The notes under the pieces were generated by a model. The model was not told where the DNA came from. It saw only the letters and a list, made by a program, of their open reading frames with translations, and searched no databases. The position numbers were made by a program, and so were the translations under genes. A stretch of 64,000 nt of DNA from an uncultured Alphaproteobacteria bacterium (lineage in GTDB: Bacteria > Pseudomonadota > Alphaproteobacteria > Rhizobiales > Xanthobacteraceae): the NCBI GenBank assembly GCA_963830995.1, contig CAWHOK010000001.1:111689-175688 (forward strand). Reading direction: 5' to 3'. Positions 54,671-64,000 of the stretch are shown piece by piece; within the stretch, counting starts at the first letter, position 1; each line of letters begins with the position of its first letter.

Positions 54671-57636
54671 CGCAGCCGTTCCGGTTGGATCACGGCGGTC
54701 TGATCGATCGTACGTCGCCGGTGTCCTTTCGGTTCGACGGGCGCGATTACGGCGGTTTCGCCGGAGACACACTCGCCTCTGCGCTGCTTGCCAATGGCGT
54801 GCGTCTGGTCGGCCGCTCATTCAAATACCATCGGCCGCGCGGGATATTTTCCGCCGGTAGCGATGAGCCCAATGCGCTGGTTGAGTTGCGCACCGGCGCG
54901 AGGCATGAGCCCAATACGCGCGCGACGACAATCGAGCTGTTCGCCGGGCTTGTGGCGCAGAGCCAAAACCGCTGGCCCTCGCTCGCCTTCGACGTGATGG
55001 CGATTAACCAGCTGTTCGCGCGTTTCATCGGTGCGGGCTTCTACTACAAAACTTTTATGTGGCCGGCGGCGTTCTGGGAAAGGCTGTACGAGCCGATTAT
55101 CCGCCGGGCCGCCGGATTGGGCCGCCTGTCTGGCGAGGACGATCCTGACACCTATGAGAAGGCCTACGCCTTCTGCGACGTGTTGATCGTCGGTTCCGGT
55201 CCTGCCGGCTTAATGGCGGCGCTGTTATGCGCGCGAGCAGGCCTGCGCGTCACCATTTGCGAGGATGATTTCCGCCTCGGCGGACGCCTGCTCTCTGAAC
55301 GAGACGAGATCGACGGCCGTCCTTGCGCCGATTGGGCCGCCGGCATTGGCGCCGAGCTCGCATCGTTTCCCGACCTGCGCATCATGACGCGCACCACTGT
55401 GACCGGACTTTACGACGGTATGTGTGGGGCGCTGGAGCGCGTCAGCGATCATCTCGCGCAGCCGGAAGCCTTCGTGCCGCGGCAGCGCTTCTGGACTATT
55501 GTCCCGAAGCAGATCGTTCTTGCGGCTGGTGCGCTTGAGCGCTCGATCGCATTTGGGGGCAACGACAGGCCGGGCGTCATGTTGGCGTCCGGCGTTCGCA
55601 CCTATGTCAATCGCTTCGCGGTCGCGCCGGGCTCGAAAACGGTAGTATTCACCAACAACGATGGCGGCTGGCGCACTGCCGCCGATCTGCTGGGGGCCGG
55701 TCAGAACGTCGTGGCCGTCATCGACTCCCGGCGCAGCGTGCCACACGCCTGGTCGGCGGAGCTTGGAACGCACTGCCGCATTATTATTGACGGGCGGGTG
55801 ACCGATACGCGCGGCCGCGCGGTCAATCAGATCGTCGTCGGCAGTCCGTCGGGGAGAGAGACGCTGATGGCCGACACGCTCGCGGTGTCGGGCGGATGGA
55901 ACCCAACTCTGGCGCTGACCTCGCATCGTGGCGCCAGGCCGGTATGGAATGAAGCGATTGCCGCTTTCGTGCCGGGCCCGGCGATGCCTAGCAACATGAT
56001 TGTCGTAGGCGCTTCAGCCGGGACATTCGCGTTGAGTGATTGCCTTTCCGAAGGTGCGAAGGCGGGCGCAGAGGTCGTCACGCGTCTTGGTGGTATGCCA
56101 TCAACTCTGGTGGTGCCCCGCACCCGCGATGAGCGCTACGGCATCGAGCCGCTGTGGCACGTCCAAGGCTCGCGTGGCCCGGCCTTCGTCGATCCGCAAA
56201 ATGACGTGACGGTGAAAGACATTGCTGTTGCCCGTCGTGAAGGTTTCACGCGCGTGGAGCATCTCAAGCGTTACACGACGCTTGGTATGGCGACCGATCA
56301 GGGCAAGGCCGGCAGCGTGATCGGCATTGCGATAATGGCGGAGCTGAGCGGCCGTTCGATTCCGGACACGGGGACGACAGTGTTCCGGCCGCCGTTCACG
56401 CCAGTTGCGATCGGTGCGCTGGCTGGTCATGCGCGCGGCAAGGCGTTCCGGCCGACGCGGCTGCCGCCGTCGCACGATTGCGCCAAGGAGCGGGGCGCCG
56501 TCTTTGTTGAAACTGGCCTCTGGTTGCGAGCGCAATGGTTTCCGCGATCGGGCGAAACGGATTGGCGCCAGAGCGTCGATCGCGAAGTCGAGACCGTTCG
56601 CAACAAGGTCGGAATTTGCGATGTCTCCACATTGGGAAAGATCGACATTCAGGGTCGCGACGCCGGCGTGTTGCTCGATCGCGTCTACGTCAACACGTTC
56701 TCGACGTTGCCAGTGGGCAAAGCTCGTTATGGTCTGATGCTGCGCGAGGACGGCTTCGCGATGGACGATGGCACCACCTCGCGCCTTGCTGATGATCACT
56801 ATTACATGACCACTACGACCGCGAACGCGGTCAAGGTGATGCAGCATCTGGAGTTCTGCCATCAGGTGCTGTGGCCCGATCTTGACGTGCAGATGGTTTC
56901 GGTCAGCGACCAGTGGGCGCAATATTCCGTCGCCGGGCCGCAGGCGCGGCGGCTGCTCCGCACCGTCATTGACAGCCAGTACGATATTTCCGATGCAGCT
57001 GTGTCTTATCTCGCCGCAACAGCCGTGACCGTGTGCGGCGGCGTTGACGCGCGGTTGTTCCGGATTTCATTCTCGGGCGAGCAGGCTTACGAAATCGCAG
57101 TTCCCGCTCGCTACGGCGACGCGTTGATGCGGCGACTGATCGAAAAAGGCGCGGCACTCGGCGCCGTTCCCTATGGGACAGAAGCACTCAGCGTCATGCG
57201 CATCGAGAAAGGTCATCCGGCGGGCAACGAGTTCAACGGGCAAACCACGGCGGGCGACCTCGGCCTCGCACGCATCATGTCGAAGAAAAAGGATTACATC
57301 GGCCGCGTGATGGCGCAGCGTCCGGCGCTGATAGCGTCCGATCGACCGACACTCATCGGCTTTCGCCCGCTCGATCGAGCACAAAAGCTGCGCGCCGGGG
57401 CGCACTTTCTCGTGGTCGGCGCGGACGTCAGCCTCGAGAACGACGAAGGCTATATGACGTCGGTCGCCCATTCACCCACTCTGCAAGGTTGGGTCGGCCT
57501 CGGTTTCTTGAAGAACGGACCGGCGCGGATCGGAGAAACCGTGCGGGCCTATGATCCGGTGCGCCAGGGCGACGTTGAGGTCAGGGTCTGCCACCCAATC
57601 TTTGTCGACCCGAAAGGAGAGCGGCTGCATGGCTGA
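54667..57636 (+). CDS. soxA: Sarcosine oxidase alpha subunit
   Basis: GDTLASALLA, SFKYHRPRG, KRYTTLGMATDQGK, C-terminal GcvT-like domain. Confidence 0.94.
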   Translation: MTQPFRLDHGGLIDRTSPVSFRFDGRDYGGFAGDTLASALLANGVRLVGRSFKYHRPRGIFSAGSDEPNALVELRTGARHEPNTRATTIELFAGLVAQSQNRWPSLAFDVMAINQLFARFIGAGFYYKTFMWPAAFWERLYEPIIRRAAGLGRLSGEDDPDTYEKAYAFCDVLIVGSGPAGLMAALLCARAGLRVTICEDDFRLGGRLLSERDEIDGRPCADWAAGIGAELASFPDLRIMTRTTVTGLYDGMCGALERVSDHLAQPEAFVPRQRFWTIVPKQIVLAAGALERSIAFGGNDRPGVMLASGVRTYVNRFAVAPGSKTVVFTNNDGGWRTAADLLGAGQNVVAVIDSRRSVPHAWSAELGTHCRIIIDGRVTDTRGRAVNQIVVGSPSGRETLMADTLAVSGGWNPTLALTSHRGARPVWNEAIAAFVPGPAMPSNMIVVGASAGTFALSDCLSEGAKAGAEVVTRLGGMPSTLVVPRTRDERYGIEPLWHVQGSRGPAFVDPQNDVTVKDIAVARREGFTRVEHLKRYTTLGMATDQGKAGSVIGIAIMAELSGRSIPDTGTTVFRPPFTPVAIGALAGHARGKAFRPTRLPPSHDCAKERGAVFVETGLWLRAQWFPRSGETDWRQSVDREVETVRNKVGICDVSTLGKIDIQGRDAGVLLDRVYVNTFSTLPVGKARYGLMLREDGFAMDDGTTSRLADDHYYMTTTTANAVKVMQHLEFCHQVLWPDLDVQMVSVSDQWAQYSVAGPQARRLLRTVIDSQYDISDAAVSYLAATAVTVCGGVDARLFRISFSGEQAYEIAVPARYGDALMRRLIEKGAALGAVPYGTEALSVMRIEKGHPAGNEFNGQTTAGDLGLARIMSKKKDYIGRVMAQRPALIASDRPTLIGFRPLDRAQKLRAGAHFLVVGADVSLENDEGYMTSVAHSPTLQGWVGLGFLKNGPARIGETVRAYDPVRQGDVEVRVCHPIFVDPKGERLHG

Positions 57637-58213
57637 CCTCGCGGGGATGGGCGCGGTGCATTTCCTGCCCGGACACCACGGTCGCGCCGGTGAGCCGGGC
57701 GTCATACTAAAGGTCACGCCGCCACGCGCGCTGGTGTCGGTGATCGCGCGCCGCGGCAGTATCGATGCGCTGAGCGTCGCCGTGAAGGTTGCGTTCGATG
57801 TCGACCTGCCAGCCAAGCCGCGTCTTGCGCGTGGCCGTGGTGTGTCGTTTTTGTGGTGCGGCTATCATCACTGGTTCGCAGAAGCTGATGATGCATCCGA
57901 GTTGCTGCCGAGGCTGAGAACCGAAATCTCGCCTCTGGCTGCGCTGTCCGATCAATCTGACAGCCGGTTTATCATCACGTTGTCCGGTCCAGCGGCGGGC
58001 GCGACGCTCGCAAAGTTGGCGCTTGTTGACCTTCATCCTCGAACATTTGACGTAGGTGAAACGGCCGTCACGTTGTTCGGCCATATTGGTGGACAGGTGA
58101 CGCTGACGGACGATCGGCCGACTTATGAGCTCATGATATCCCGCAGCTTTGCAGACGATTTTCTGCACAGTATGCTCGATGCCGCCGCGGAATTCGGCAT
58201 TGAGGTTTGCTAG
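57629..58213 (+). CDS. soxG: Sarcosine oxidase gamma subunit
   Basis: DQSD, DLHPR.F, SRSFA motifs; last gene of soxBDAG. Confidence 0.88.
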   Translation: MADLAGMGAVHFLPGHHGRAGEPGVILKVTPPRALVSVIARRGSIDALSVAVKVAFDVDLPAKPRLARGRGVSFLWCGYHHWFAEADDASELLPRLRTEISPLAALSDQSDSRFIITLSGPAAGATLAKLALVDLHPRTFDVGETAVTLFGHIGGQVTLTDDRPTYELMISRSFADDFLHSMLDAAAEFGIEVC

Positions 58214-58331
58214 CAATGGCACAATGAAGATCTATCTTGATCGGACGACTTCTAAAAACAGAAATAGAAAGCTAACCAGCCTTCGAACTCGACGCAGCCG
58301 CAATTGATGATTGGACCGCCTGATGTCGGTG

Positions 58332-58410
58332 ATGTCTGCTTACGGGGGTAAAGCCGACATATTGGATTGGCGACGCCATGTCCGCTAATGACCCGAAGCG
58401 GACATGGCGT
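58332..58410. repeat. Palindromic repeat family, partial copy (two units)
   Basis: ATGTCTGCTTACGGGGGTAAAGCCGACAT and ATGTCCGCTAATGACCCGAAGCGGACAT. Confidence 0.75.
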
Positions 58411-58804
58411 TGCAGCGCACAAAAGTCGCGAATGACCTAAACTAACGTCGCGAGGACCAATTCCTGTCGCTGGGCCGCACCGCTTGACCGTTTGGTTGAT
58501 CGACGGCCACATCGCCCAAGGCTCAAATTGACCGCGTGGCGTTTTATGGAGGGCGACGATGAGGTCCAGGATCGCGCTTGCGCTCGTTGCTGCGGTTGCA
58601 GCGAGCCATACCGGCTTTTAGTGCGAAAATACAATGGATTTACAAGCGTTTCATAAATATCACGCTCTAACATCATTTTACAATTCTGCTGTGATATCCT
58701 TACCTTGTCATAGACCGGAGATGCGGTTTTTTCCTATGGTCTACCATCGTTTTAGCGACGTTTGGGAGCGGCTACGCCCACAGATGTCGAATGCCTTTTA
58801 GGAG

Positions 58805-59617
58805 ATGACAATGCGTCGTTTCAGTTGTGCTGCGCTCGCCGCTGTAGCTGTAGTCGGTCTTGGTTCGGTCGCTTCCGCAGCCGATATGCCAATGAAGGCC
58901 GCTCCAATGGTCTCCCGGGGCGCGGCCTACAATTGGGCTGGATGGTACCTGGGCGGAAATATCGGCTATGGCTGGGGCGGTAATACGAATCCCGCGCTCT
59001 CGTTCACCGATCCCACTGGGTTTGGCCTAGCCCCTTTATATGCCGCCGGCGGTAACGTGACACCCAACCTGTCGCCAAAAGGCGGGCTTGGTGGTGGCCA
59101 GATTGGCTACAATTGGAACTTGGCCCCGCAGTGGGTTGTCGGATTTGTTGCTGACCTTCAAGCCTCCAACGTCAGCGCGTCAGGTTCAAATACGGTAGCG
59201 CCGCCCCCTTTCCTGACGAGCATACAATCCGCAAGCATCAAAACCGATTGGTTTGGCACCGTGCGTGGCAAAGTTGGCTACGCCATGGACAACTGGCTGT
59301 TGTACGGCACCGGAGGCTTTGCCTATGGCCATGTGAAGACCTCGGCATCGACCTTCTTCCCCCTTTTCGCTGCCACCCCTGGACAACTTGCTGGCACGTC
59401 TAGCAAGACGCTTACCGGCTGGAGTGCAGGCGCGGGCATAGACTTTGCGTTCGCGCGCAATTGGACGATTGGCGCGGAATATCTGTATGTGGACTTGGGC
59501 CATATTTCGACGACGCAGCAAACCAGTCTGCCGTTCTTCGCCCCCGTTTTGACGGTCACCACGAACCAAAAGGTGTCAATGCAGGTTGGCCGTCTGACGA
59601 TCAATTACAAGTTTTAG
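58805..59617 (+). CDS. Outer-membrane beta-barrel protein (Omp25/RopB family)
   Basis: Signal peptide plus ADMPMKA, W.G.Y.G, GGGQIGYNW, AEYLY.DLG, terminal NYKF. Confidence 0.9.
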   Translation: MTMRRFSCAALAAVAVVGLGSVASAADMPMKAAPMVSRGAAYNWAGWYLGGNIGYGWGGNTNPALSFTDPTGFGLAPLYAAGGNVTPNLSPKGGLGGGQIGYNWNLAPQWVVGFVADLQASNVSASGSNTVAPPPFLTSIQSASIKTDWFGTVRGKVGYAMDNWLLYGTGGFAYGHVKTSASTFFPLFAATPGQLAGTSSKTLTGWSAGAGIDFAFARNWTIGAEYLYVDLGHISTTQQTSLPFFAPVLTVTTNQKVSMQVGRLTINYKF

Positions 59618-59637
59618 GAACTTATTGCGGGACTAGG

Positions 59638-59670
59638 GAGGCCGCCGGAACAAACCGGCGGCCTCTTTTT
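59638..59670 (+). terminator. Rho-independent terminator of porin gene
   Basis: GAGGCCGCCGG-AACAAA-CCGGCGGCCTC-TTTTT. Confidence 0.9.
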
Positions 59671-59683
59671 ATGGATGCGCAGC

Positions 59684-59738
59684 ATGACAGCTATTGCGCA
59701 TAGCGTCATTTCGCTGCTCCAAAAATGGGTCGCTATTG
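59684..59738. repeat. Palindromic repeat family, truncated copy
   Basis: ATGACAGCTATTGCGCATAGCGTCATT-spacer-GGGTCGCTATTG aligns with the copy at 59762. Confidence 0.6.
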
Positions 59739-59761
59739 TATGGCTGTTTGCTGCGGTGCGT

Positions 59762-59886
59762 TGTCGCCTATTGGCACTTAACGTCATTCGTCGCGCTGCA
59801 AAAGTTTGATCGCCATCGGACTAGGAGCGGACAAACAGTCCCGTAAGGGCTGATTGGCTCCGCACTGAATGACTCGAAGCGGACGA
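59762..59886. repeat. Palindromic repeat family, full tripartite copy
   Basis: First 74 bp match 62171-62244 with 2 mismatches; third unit GAATGACTCGAAGCGGAC. Confidence 0.9.
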
Positions 59887-60109
59887 AATGCCAATGACCT
59901 ATGCCGGGCTCCAAGCGTCGAAACCCTGATCTGGCAAAAGTGTTCTGTATTGAACAGTCGAATCGAAACATTCTGGACATGAATCAATTCCTGAAAGCGA
60001 GGAACTAAATGAACAAAATAGCGCGTGCGTGAGCACATGCTTGGAATAGCCGCCGCAAACAGCACCACCTGAAAGGAGAAAACCGCGAACCAACAGGGGG
60101 GAAATAAAA

Positions 60110-62128
60110 ATGAGAAAAATAGTACCCGTAGACTTTGCGTTCCCATTCGGCACAAATCGATACTTTTCCGCGTGGGCGCGAGCAGTTTTTGCGGCCCTCA
60201 GTTTGATGGGAGCCCTGACTTCTTCCAGCTATGCTCAGGCGCCCCCCTTGGGCACGGTCGCGAACTTCGCGATCTTGGCTGGCGCTGGGATCACCAACAC
60301 TGGCCCAAGCGTCATCACTGGAACCGCCGCTCATCCGGGCGACCTCGGCACCAATACAGCCACGATTATTGGGTTTCCCCCCGGCATCGTCGTCCCCCCA
60401 GGCGTGATCCATGCGCCCGGCGATGGGCCCACGATCACGGCTCAAAACGACCTCACGACCGCCTTCAATAATCTTGCGGGCAGGCCCGCCACGGTAAACC
60501 TGACGGGCCAGAATCTCGGCGGCCTCGTGCTTATACCGGGCGTCTATTTCTTTAGTTCGTCCGCTCAATTGACTGGCGCGCTAAGCCTTAACGCCCTGGG
60601 GAACTCGAATGCCGTCTTCATCTTCAACATTGGGAGCACGCTGACCACGGCCAGCGCTTCGAGCGTTCTGCTGACGAACGGCGCGCAAGGCGGCAATGTG
60701 TTTTGGCGGGTTGGGAGTTCCGCGACGCTCGGCACAACCACGACATTCGCCGGCGACATCCTCGCCCAGGCGAGCATCACCTTGAACACTGCCGCCAACA
60801 TCGTCTGCGGCGCTGCTTGGGCACGCACCGGTGCGGTGACGTTGGACACCAACAACATCACACTGTGTGATCTTGCCGCTGGGGGCGCCGGGCCTGGCGT
60901 TGGGCCGACTGGATTCCCCCTCTTGGCGTTTCTGCTGCCAGCCTCTACCGATCGCAGTCAACGCGCCGTCGCCAATGCGATCGACGCCTTTACCAGCGGC
61001 GGCGGCGTACTGCCGCTGCCGTTTGTAAACCTCTTCAACCTGTCGCCCTCCGACTTGTTGAGCGCCCTCTCGCAGCTTCAGGGGGAGGCCGGCACCGGCG
61101 CCGCTCAGGCAGGCACTCAGGCGATGAACTCGTTCCTGTCGCTCGTGACCAATCCATTCGCCGACAACCGCGGCTTGGGACCTCCTGGACCACCGCCGCG
61201 GGAATCTCCGCTTATTTACAAGGCGCCGGTTTACAAGGCATCGTTCGGCCTCGCGCCCGATCCGCGCCGCTGGAGCCTCTGGGCCGCGGGCTACGGCGGC
61301 CAAAGCAACGCCACCGGTGATGCGTCGGCCGGAAGCCACAACAGGTCGGTGACCGCCGTCGGTTATGCAAGCGGCCTCGACTACCTGGTCACGCCCTACA
61401 CCGTGGTCGGGTTCGCGCTCGCGGGCGGCGGCACCAATTACGGCGTGTCGGGCTTCGGCGGCGGCCACAGCGACATGTTCCAGGCGGGGCTCTACAGCTC
61501 GACGCGTATCAACGCGGCCTATGTCTCGGCCGCGCTCGCCTACGGGTGGCATCGCGTATCCACTGACCGGACTGTGACCGTAGCGGGTAGTGACCATCTC
61601 ACCGCCGATTTCTCCGCCAACAACGTTGGCGGCCGAGTCGAGGGCGGATATCGCTTTGCACTTCCGAACGTGCAGGGCTGGCCGGGCCAGTCCGGGTTCA
61701 CCCCCTACGCCGCGGCACAGGTGCAAGCCTTCCACGCGCCGTCCTACAGCGAAACAGCGATCGCCGGTTCTTCGGTATTCGCGCTTTCCTACGATGCCCG
61801 CACGACCACCACGATCCGTACCGAGCTTGGCGCTTGGTACGATTGGAGCATCCCGGTTGACCACAACACCGCCCTGGTGCTCCGCACCCGCGCGGCCTGG
61901 GGGCACGACCATTGGTCCGACCCTAGCGTCACCGCCCGGTTCCTAGCGCTCCCGGGATCAAGCTTCACCGAGTTCGGCGCTCCACCGGCTAGCGACTTGT
62001 TGCTTGCTTCGGCCGTCGCCGAACTCTGGTTCAGGAACGGGTTGTCGGTCTCCGCGCGGTTCGACGGAGAATTTGCCGCGCACTCGCAGAAATACGCCGG
62101 GACCGGACGGTTGCGCTATATCTGGTGA
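60110..62128 (+). CDS. Autotransporter with ice-binding-like (DUF3494) passenger domain
   Basis: FAILAG..ITNTG.S.I.G, LGGL.L.PGVY, FIF.IGSTL, NVFW.VGSSATLGT; C-terminal beta-barrel ending RYIW. Confidence 0.85.
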   Translation: MRKIVPVDFAFPFGTNRYFSAWARAVFAALSLMGALTSSSYAQAPPLGTVANFAILAGAGITNTGPSVITGTAAHPGDLGTNTATIIGFPPGIVVPPGVIHAPGDGPTITAQNDLTTAFNNLAGRPATVNLTGQNLGGLVLIPGVYFFSSSAQLTGALSLNALGNSNAVFIFNIGSTLTTASASSVLLTNGAQGGNVFWRVGSSATLGTTTTFAGDILAQASITLNTAANIVCGAAWARTGAVTLDTNNITLCDLAAGGAGPGVGPTGFPLLAFLLPASTDRSQRAVANAIDAFTSGGGVLPLPFVNLFNLSPSDLLSALSQLQGEAGTGAAQAGTQAMNSFLSLVTNPFADNRGLGPPGPPPRESPLIYKAPVYKASFGLAPDPRRWSLWAAGYGGQSNATGDASAGSHNRSVTAVGYASGLDYLVTPYTVVGFALAGGGTNYGVSGFGGGHSDMFQAGLYSSTRINAAYVSAALAYGWHRVSTDRTVTVAGSDHLTADFSANNVGGRVEGGYRFALPNVQGWPGQSGFTPYAAAQVQAFHAPSYSETAIAGSSVFALSYDARTTTTIRTELGAWYDWSIPVDHNTALVLRTRAAWGHDHWSDPSVTARFLALPGSSFTEFGAPPASDLLLASAVAELWFRNGLSVSARFDGEFAAHSQKYAGTGRLRYIW

Positions 62129-62170
62129 ATCGACAGAGGGCGGCCTCGCAGGGAAAACAGAGGCGCGTGA

Positions 62171-62296
62171 TGTCGCCTATTGGCACTTAACGTCATTCGT
62201 CGCGCTGCAAAATTTTGATCGCTATCGGACTAGGAGCGGACAAAGGTCGGCCCCGACGCTGAACAGATACGCAGCGAATGACCCATAACCGACATT
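62171..62296. repeat. Palindromic repeat family, full tripartite copy
   Basis: TGTCGCCTATTGGCACTTAACGTCA...ATCGCTATCGGACTAGGAGCGGACA...GCAGCGAATGACCCATAACCGACATT. Confidence 0.9.
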
Positions 62297-62320
62297 GACG
62301 AGGCGGCCGCGTCTACCGCC

Positions 62321-63220
62321 TCATTTTCCCCGCAGAAATCCGTCTGTCGCGCATTCAGGGTTGGGGTAGCTGTAAAAGCCTTTATTGGTTTTAAGGCCTA
62401 ATTCTCCCCGGCCAATCTTTTCTTTGAGCGCCCCCGGCGGTTCATCTCGCGGATCGCGTGAATCCGAGAAATAGGTCATTTCAATAGCGAAAATTACATC
62501 CAGACCGACGAGGTCCATAAGGAAGAAAGGCCCGTAGGTCATCCCAGTGAAGACCATCCAAGCGCGGTCGATGTCGCGAAAGTCAACAAAATCGTTCGCC
62601 CACATGTATAGGGTTTGTCTCTTAACGGCACGCCACACGCTATTGAAACAAAAACCAAGAATCTCTTTCTGCACTTGCAACGGCACACAGTCGACCGAGC
62701 GGACAAAATCGCGTGCCGCTGACAATGACTCCGAAGACGTGCACGTACCACCCATGATATCGGCCATATTCATGCCGACAGCAGGCTGATAGAAATGTAT
62801 GTTAAGACACTTGTCGGGACGCTGTGTAGCGCTCTCGATTCGCGAAACAGGTATAGAAGAGCTGTTGGTGGCGAGCAGCGCATGAGCAGGGGCAAGGCGG
62901 TCAAGCTCTGCGAAAACCTTGCGCTTGATTTCTAATTGTTCCGGCACAACTTCAATTACTAGGTCCGCGGCGCCGACTGCGAGATTGAGGCTATCGAAAC
63001 GTTTCACGCTGCGGGAATACTTCTCCCAATTTTCGAGTGGAAAAGTTGGCCCTTTGCGGACCATTTCCATTGCACCCCGTACTTTTGCTTGTGTCTTCTC
63101 AAACGCGGTTCGATCCGGATCGAAAGCAGATACGTCATAACCATATGCCGCTGCTTGGATCGCGATTTAAGTCCCTAATGTCCCCATGCCAACGACGGCG
63201 ATCTTTTTGATTTGGTTCAT
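62321..63220 (-). pseudogene. 3-hydroxyacyl-CoA dehydrogenase family gene with in-frame TAA at codon 18
   Basis: MNQIKKIAVVGMGTLGT*IAIQAA continues in frame into EVVPE..IK, ATNSSS, GF..N, GPF..MD.VGLD, G.KT.KGFY. Confidence 0.8.
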
Positions 63221-63267
63221 TCGGTTGCCAAGGGCGTTGAATAAGTGCGCTCTAGCGCACGGGGTAG

Positions 63268-63768
63268 CTAACCGCGCAAGAAATAAGAATATGTTCCGAT
63301 GAAAGCTACTGACGCGTAAGACAGGACATAAACCGTGGTTATGGCAAGAGGGCCGGGACCGGAATTAAATACCGACCCAACTACATTCAAACAAAGAGAA
63401 ACGATGGCGACCACGCCCAAGAACGTCATGATGTACCATCGCGGAGGTAACTCTTGTTTAGGGGCGGCTCTCTTGCGGCGGAACGGATAGGCAATAAGCC
63501 AAGGAACCAATACGACAAGCATTATTGCGCTGGATAGCCGCCACACCATAATCTCACGTATCCCGCAGATGGCGAGCGTTGGCGCCAGTATGGCGAACGC
63601 GGTTGCCATAAGGCCCAGTTCAACAAACAAACTGGTAAGCAGGACATGGAATCGTGAGAGTGGTTTGCCCGTGCCTTGGTGAAGTACGACGACGATTGAA
63701 GTAAACCCTACGAACGCCATCGCTAACGCAGCTAAGGAATAGAAGTACCCAGAACTCGGCAATTCCAT
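63268..63768 (-). CDS. Hypothetical multi-pass membrane protein (low GC)
   Basis: About 5 hydrophobic segments; flanked upstream by a repeat copy. Confidence 0.7.
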   Translation of the reverse strand: MELPSSGYFYSLAALAMAFVGFTSIVVVLHQGTGKPLSRFHVLLTSLFVELGLMATAFAILAPTLAICGIREIMVWRLSSAIMLVVLVPWLIAYPFRRKRAAPKQELPPRWYIMTFLGVVAIVSLCLNVVGSVFNSGPGPLAITTVYVLSYASVAFIGTYSYFLRG

Positions 63769-63835
63769 AGTCAAAATTCCCAATCGATTTCTTCGACAGC
63801 ATGAAATTATGGAGACGTGCCGGTCAAGGGACGAA

Positions 63836-63961
63836 TGTCGGCTGTTGGCACTTAGCCGACAAGCGAACTCATCCGTCGAATGGTCGCTATTGGACTAAGA
63901 GTGGACATTGGTCGGCATTGGCGCGGAAAATGTTGGCAGCGAATGACCCATAGCCGACATT
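63836..63961. repeat. Palindromic repeat family, full tripartite copy
   Basis: TGTCGGCTGTTGGCACTTAGCCGACA...GGTCGCTATTGGACTAAGAGTGGACA...GCAGCGAATGACCCATAGCCGACATT. Confidence 0.85.
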
Positions 63962-64000
63962 CGGAGCACAGAAGGATTGAATTGACCCCCATTCACAGGG

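Noticed and set aside
58332-63961. CRISPR array or classical integron
   Set aside because: Repeats are separated by kilobase genes, no cas or intI gene is in the window, and attC R-box ends are absent

Overview
High-GC alphaproteobacterial chromosome, Rhizobiales-like judging from gene content. Positions 1-49000 look like core genome: two flavin monooxygenases, tRNA-Lys, a cyclic beta-glucan (ndv) locus, glmU-glmS, recG-sdhE-mfd, a degenerate REC-GGDEF protein, hspQ, pcs, bioD, rimO and a sigma54/NtrC-type nitrite-assimilation locus (FNT plus PP2C-kinase, divergent from nirA-flavoprotein-cysG). Many genes between 2.9 and 18.6 kb carry 1-nt frameshifts that are most likely sequencing errors. 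At about 49011 a tRNA-Ser 3'-end fragment with integrase arm-like repeats appears to mark the left border of an accessory island. Inside it are an unexplained ~200-nt highly base-paired element (candidate ncRNA), an IS110/IS1111-type end fragment and an amino-acid ABC transporter plus soxBDAG module. These are followed by unrelated single genes (porin, ice-binding-domain autotransporter, a dehydrogenase pseudogene, a membrane protein) separated by a family of ~125-bp tripartite palindromic repeats, an arrangement resembling a gene-cassette array without classical attC sites. The repeat-delimited array and the structured RNA are the best candidates for an undescribed system.
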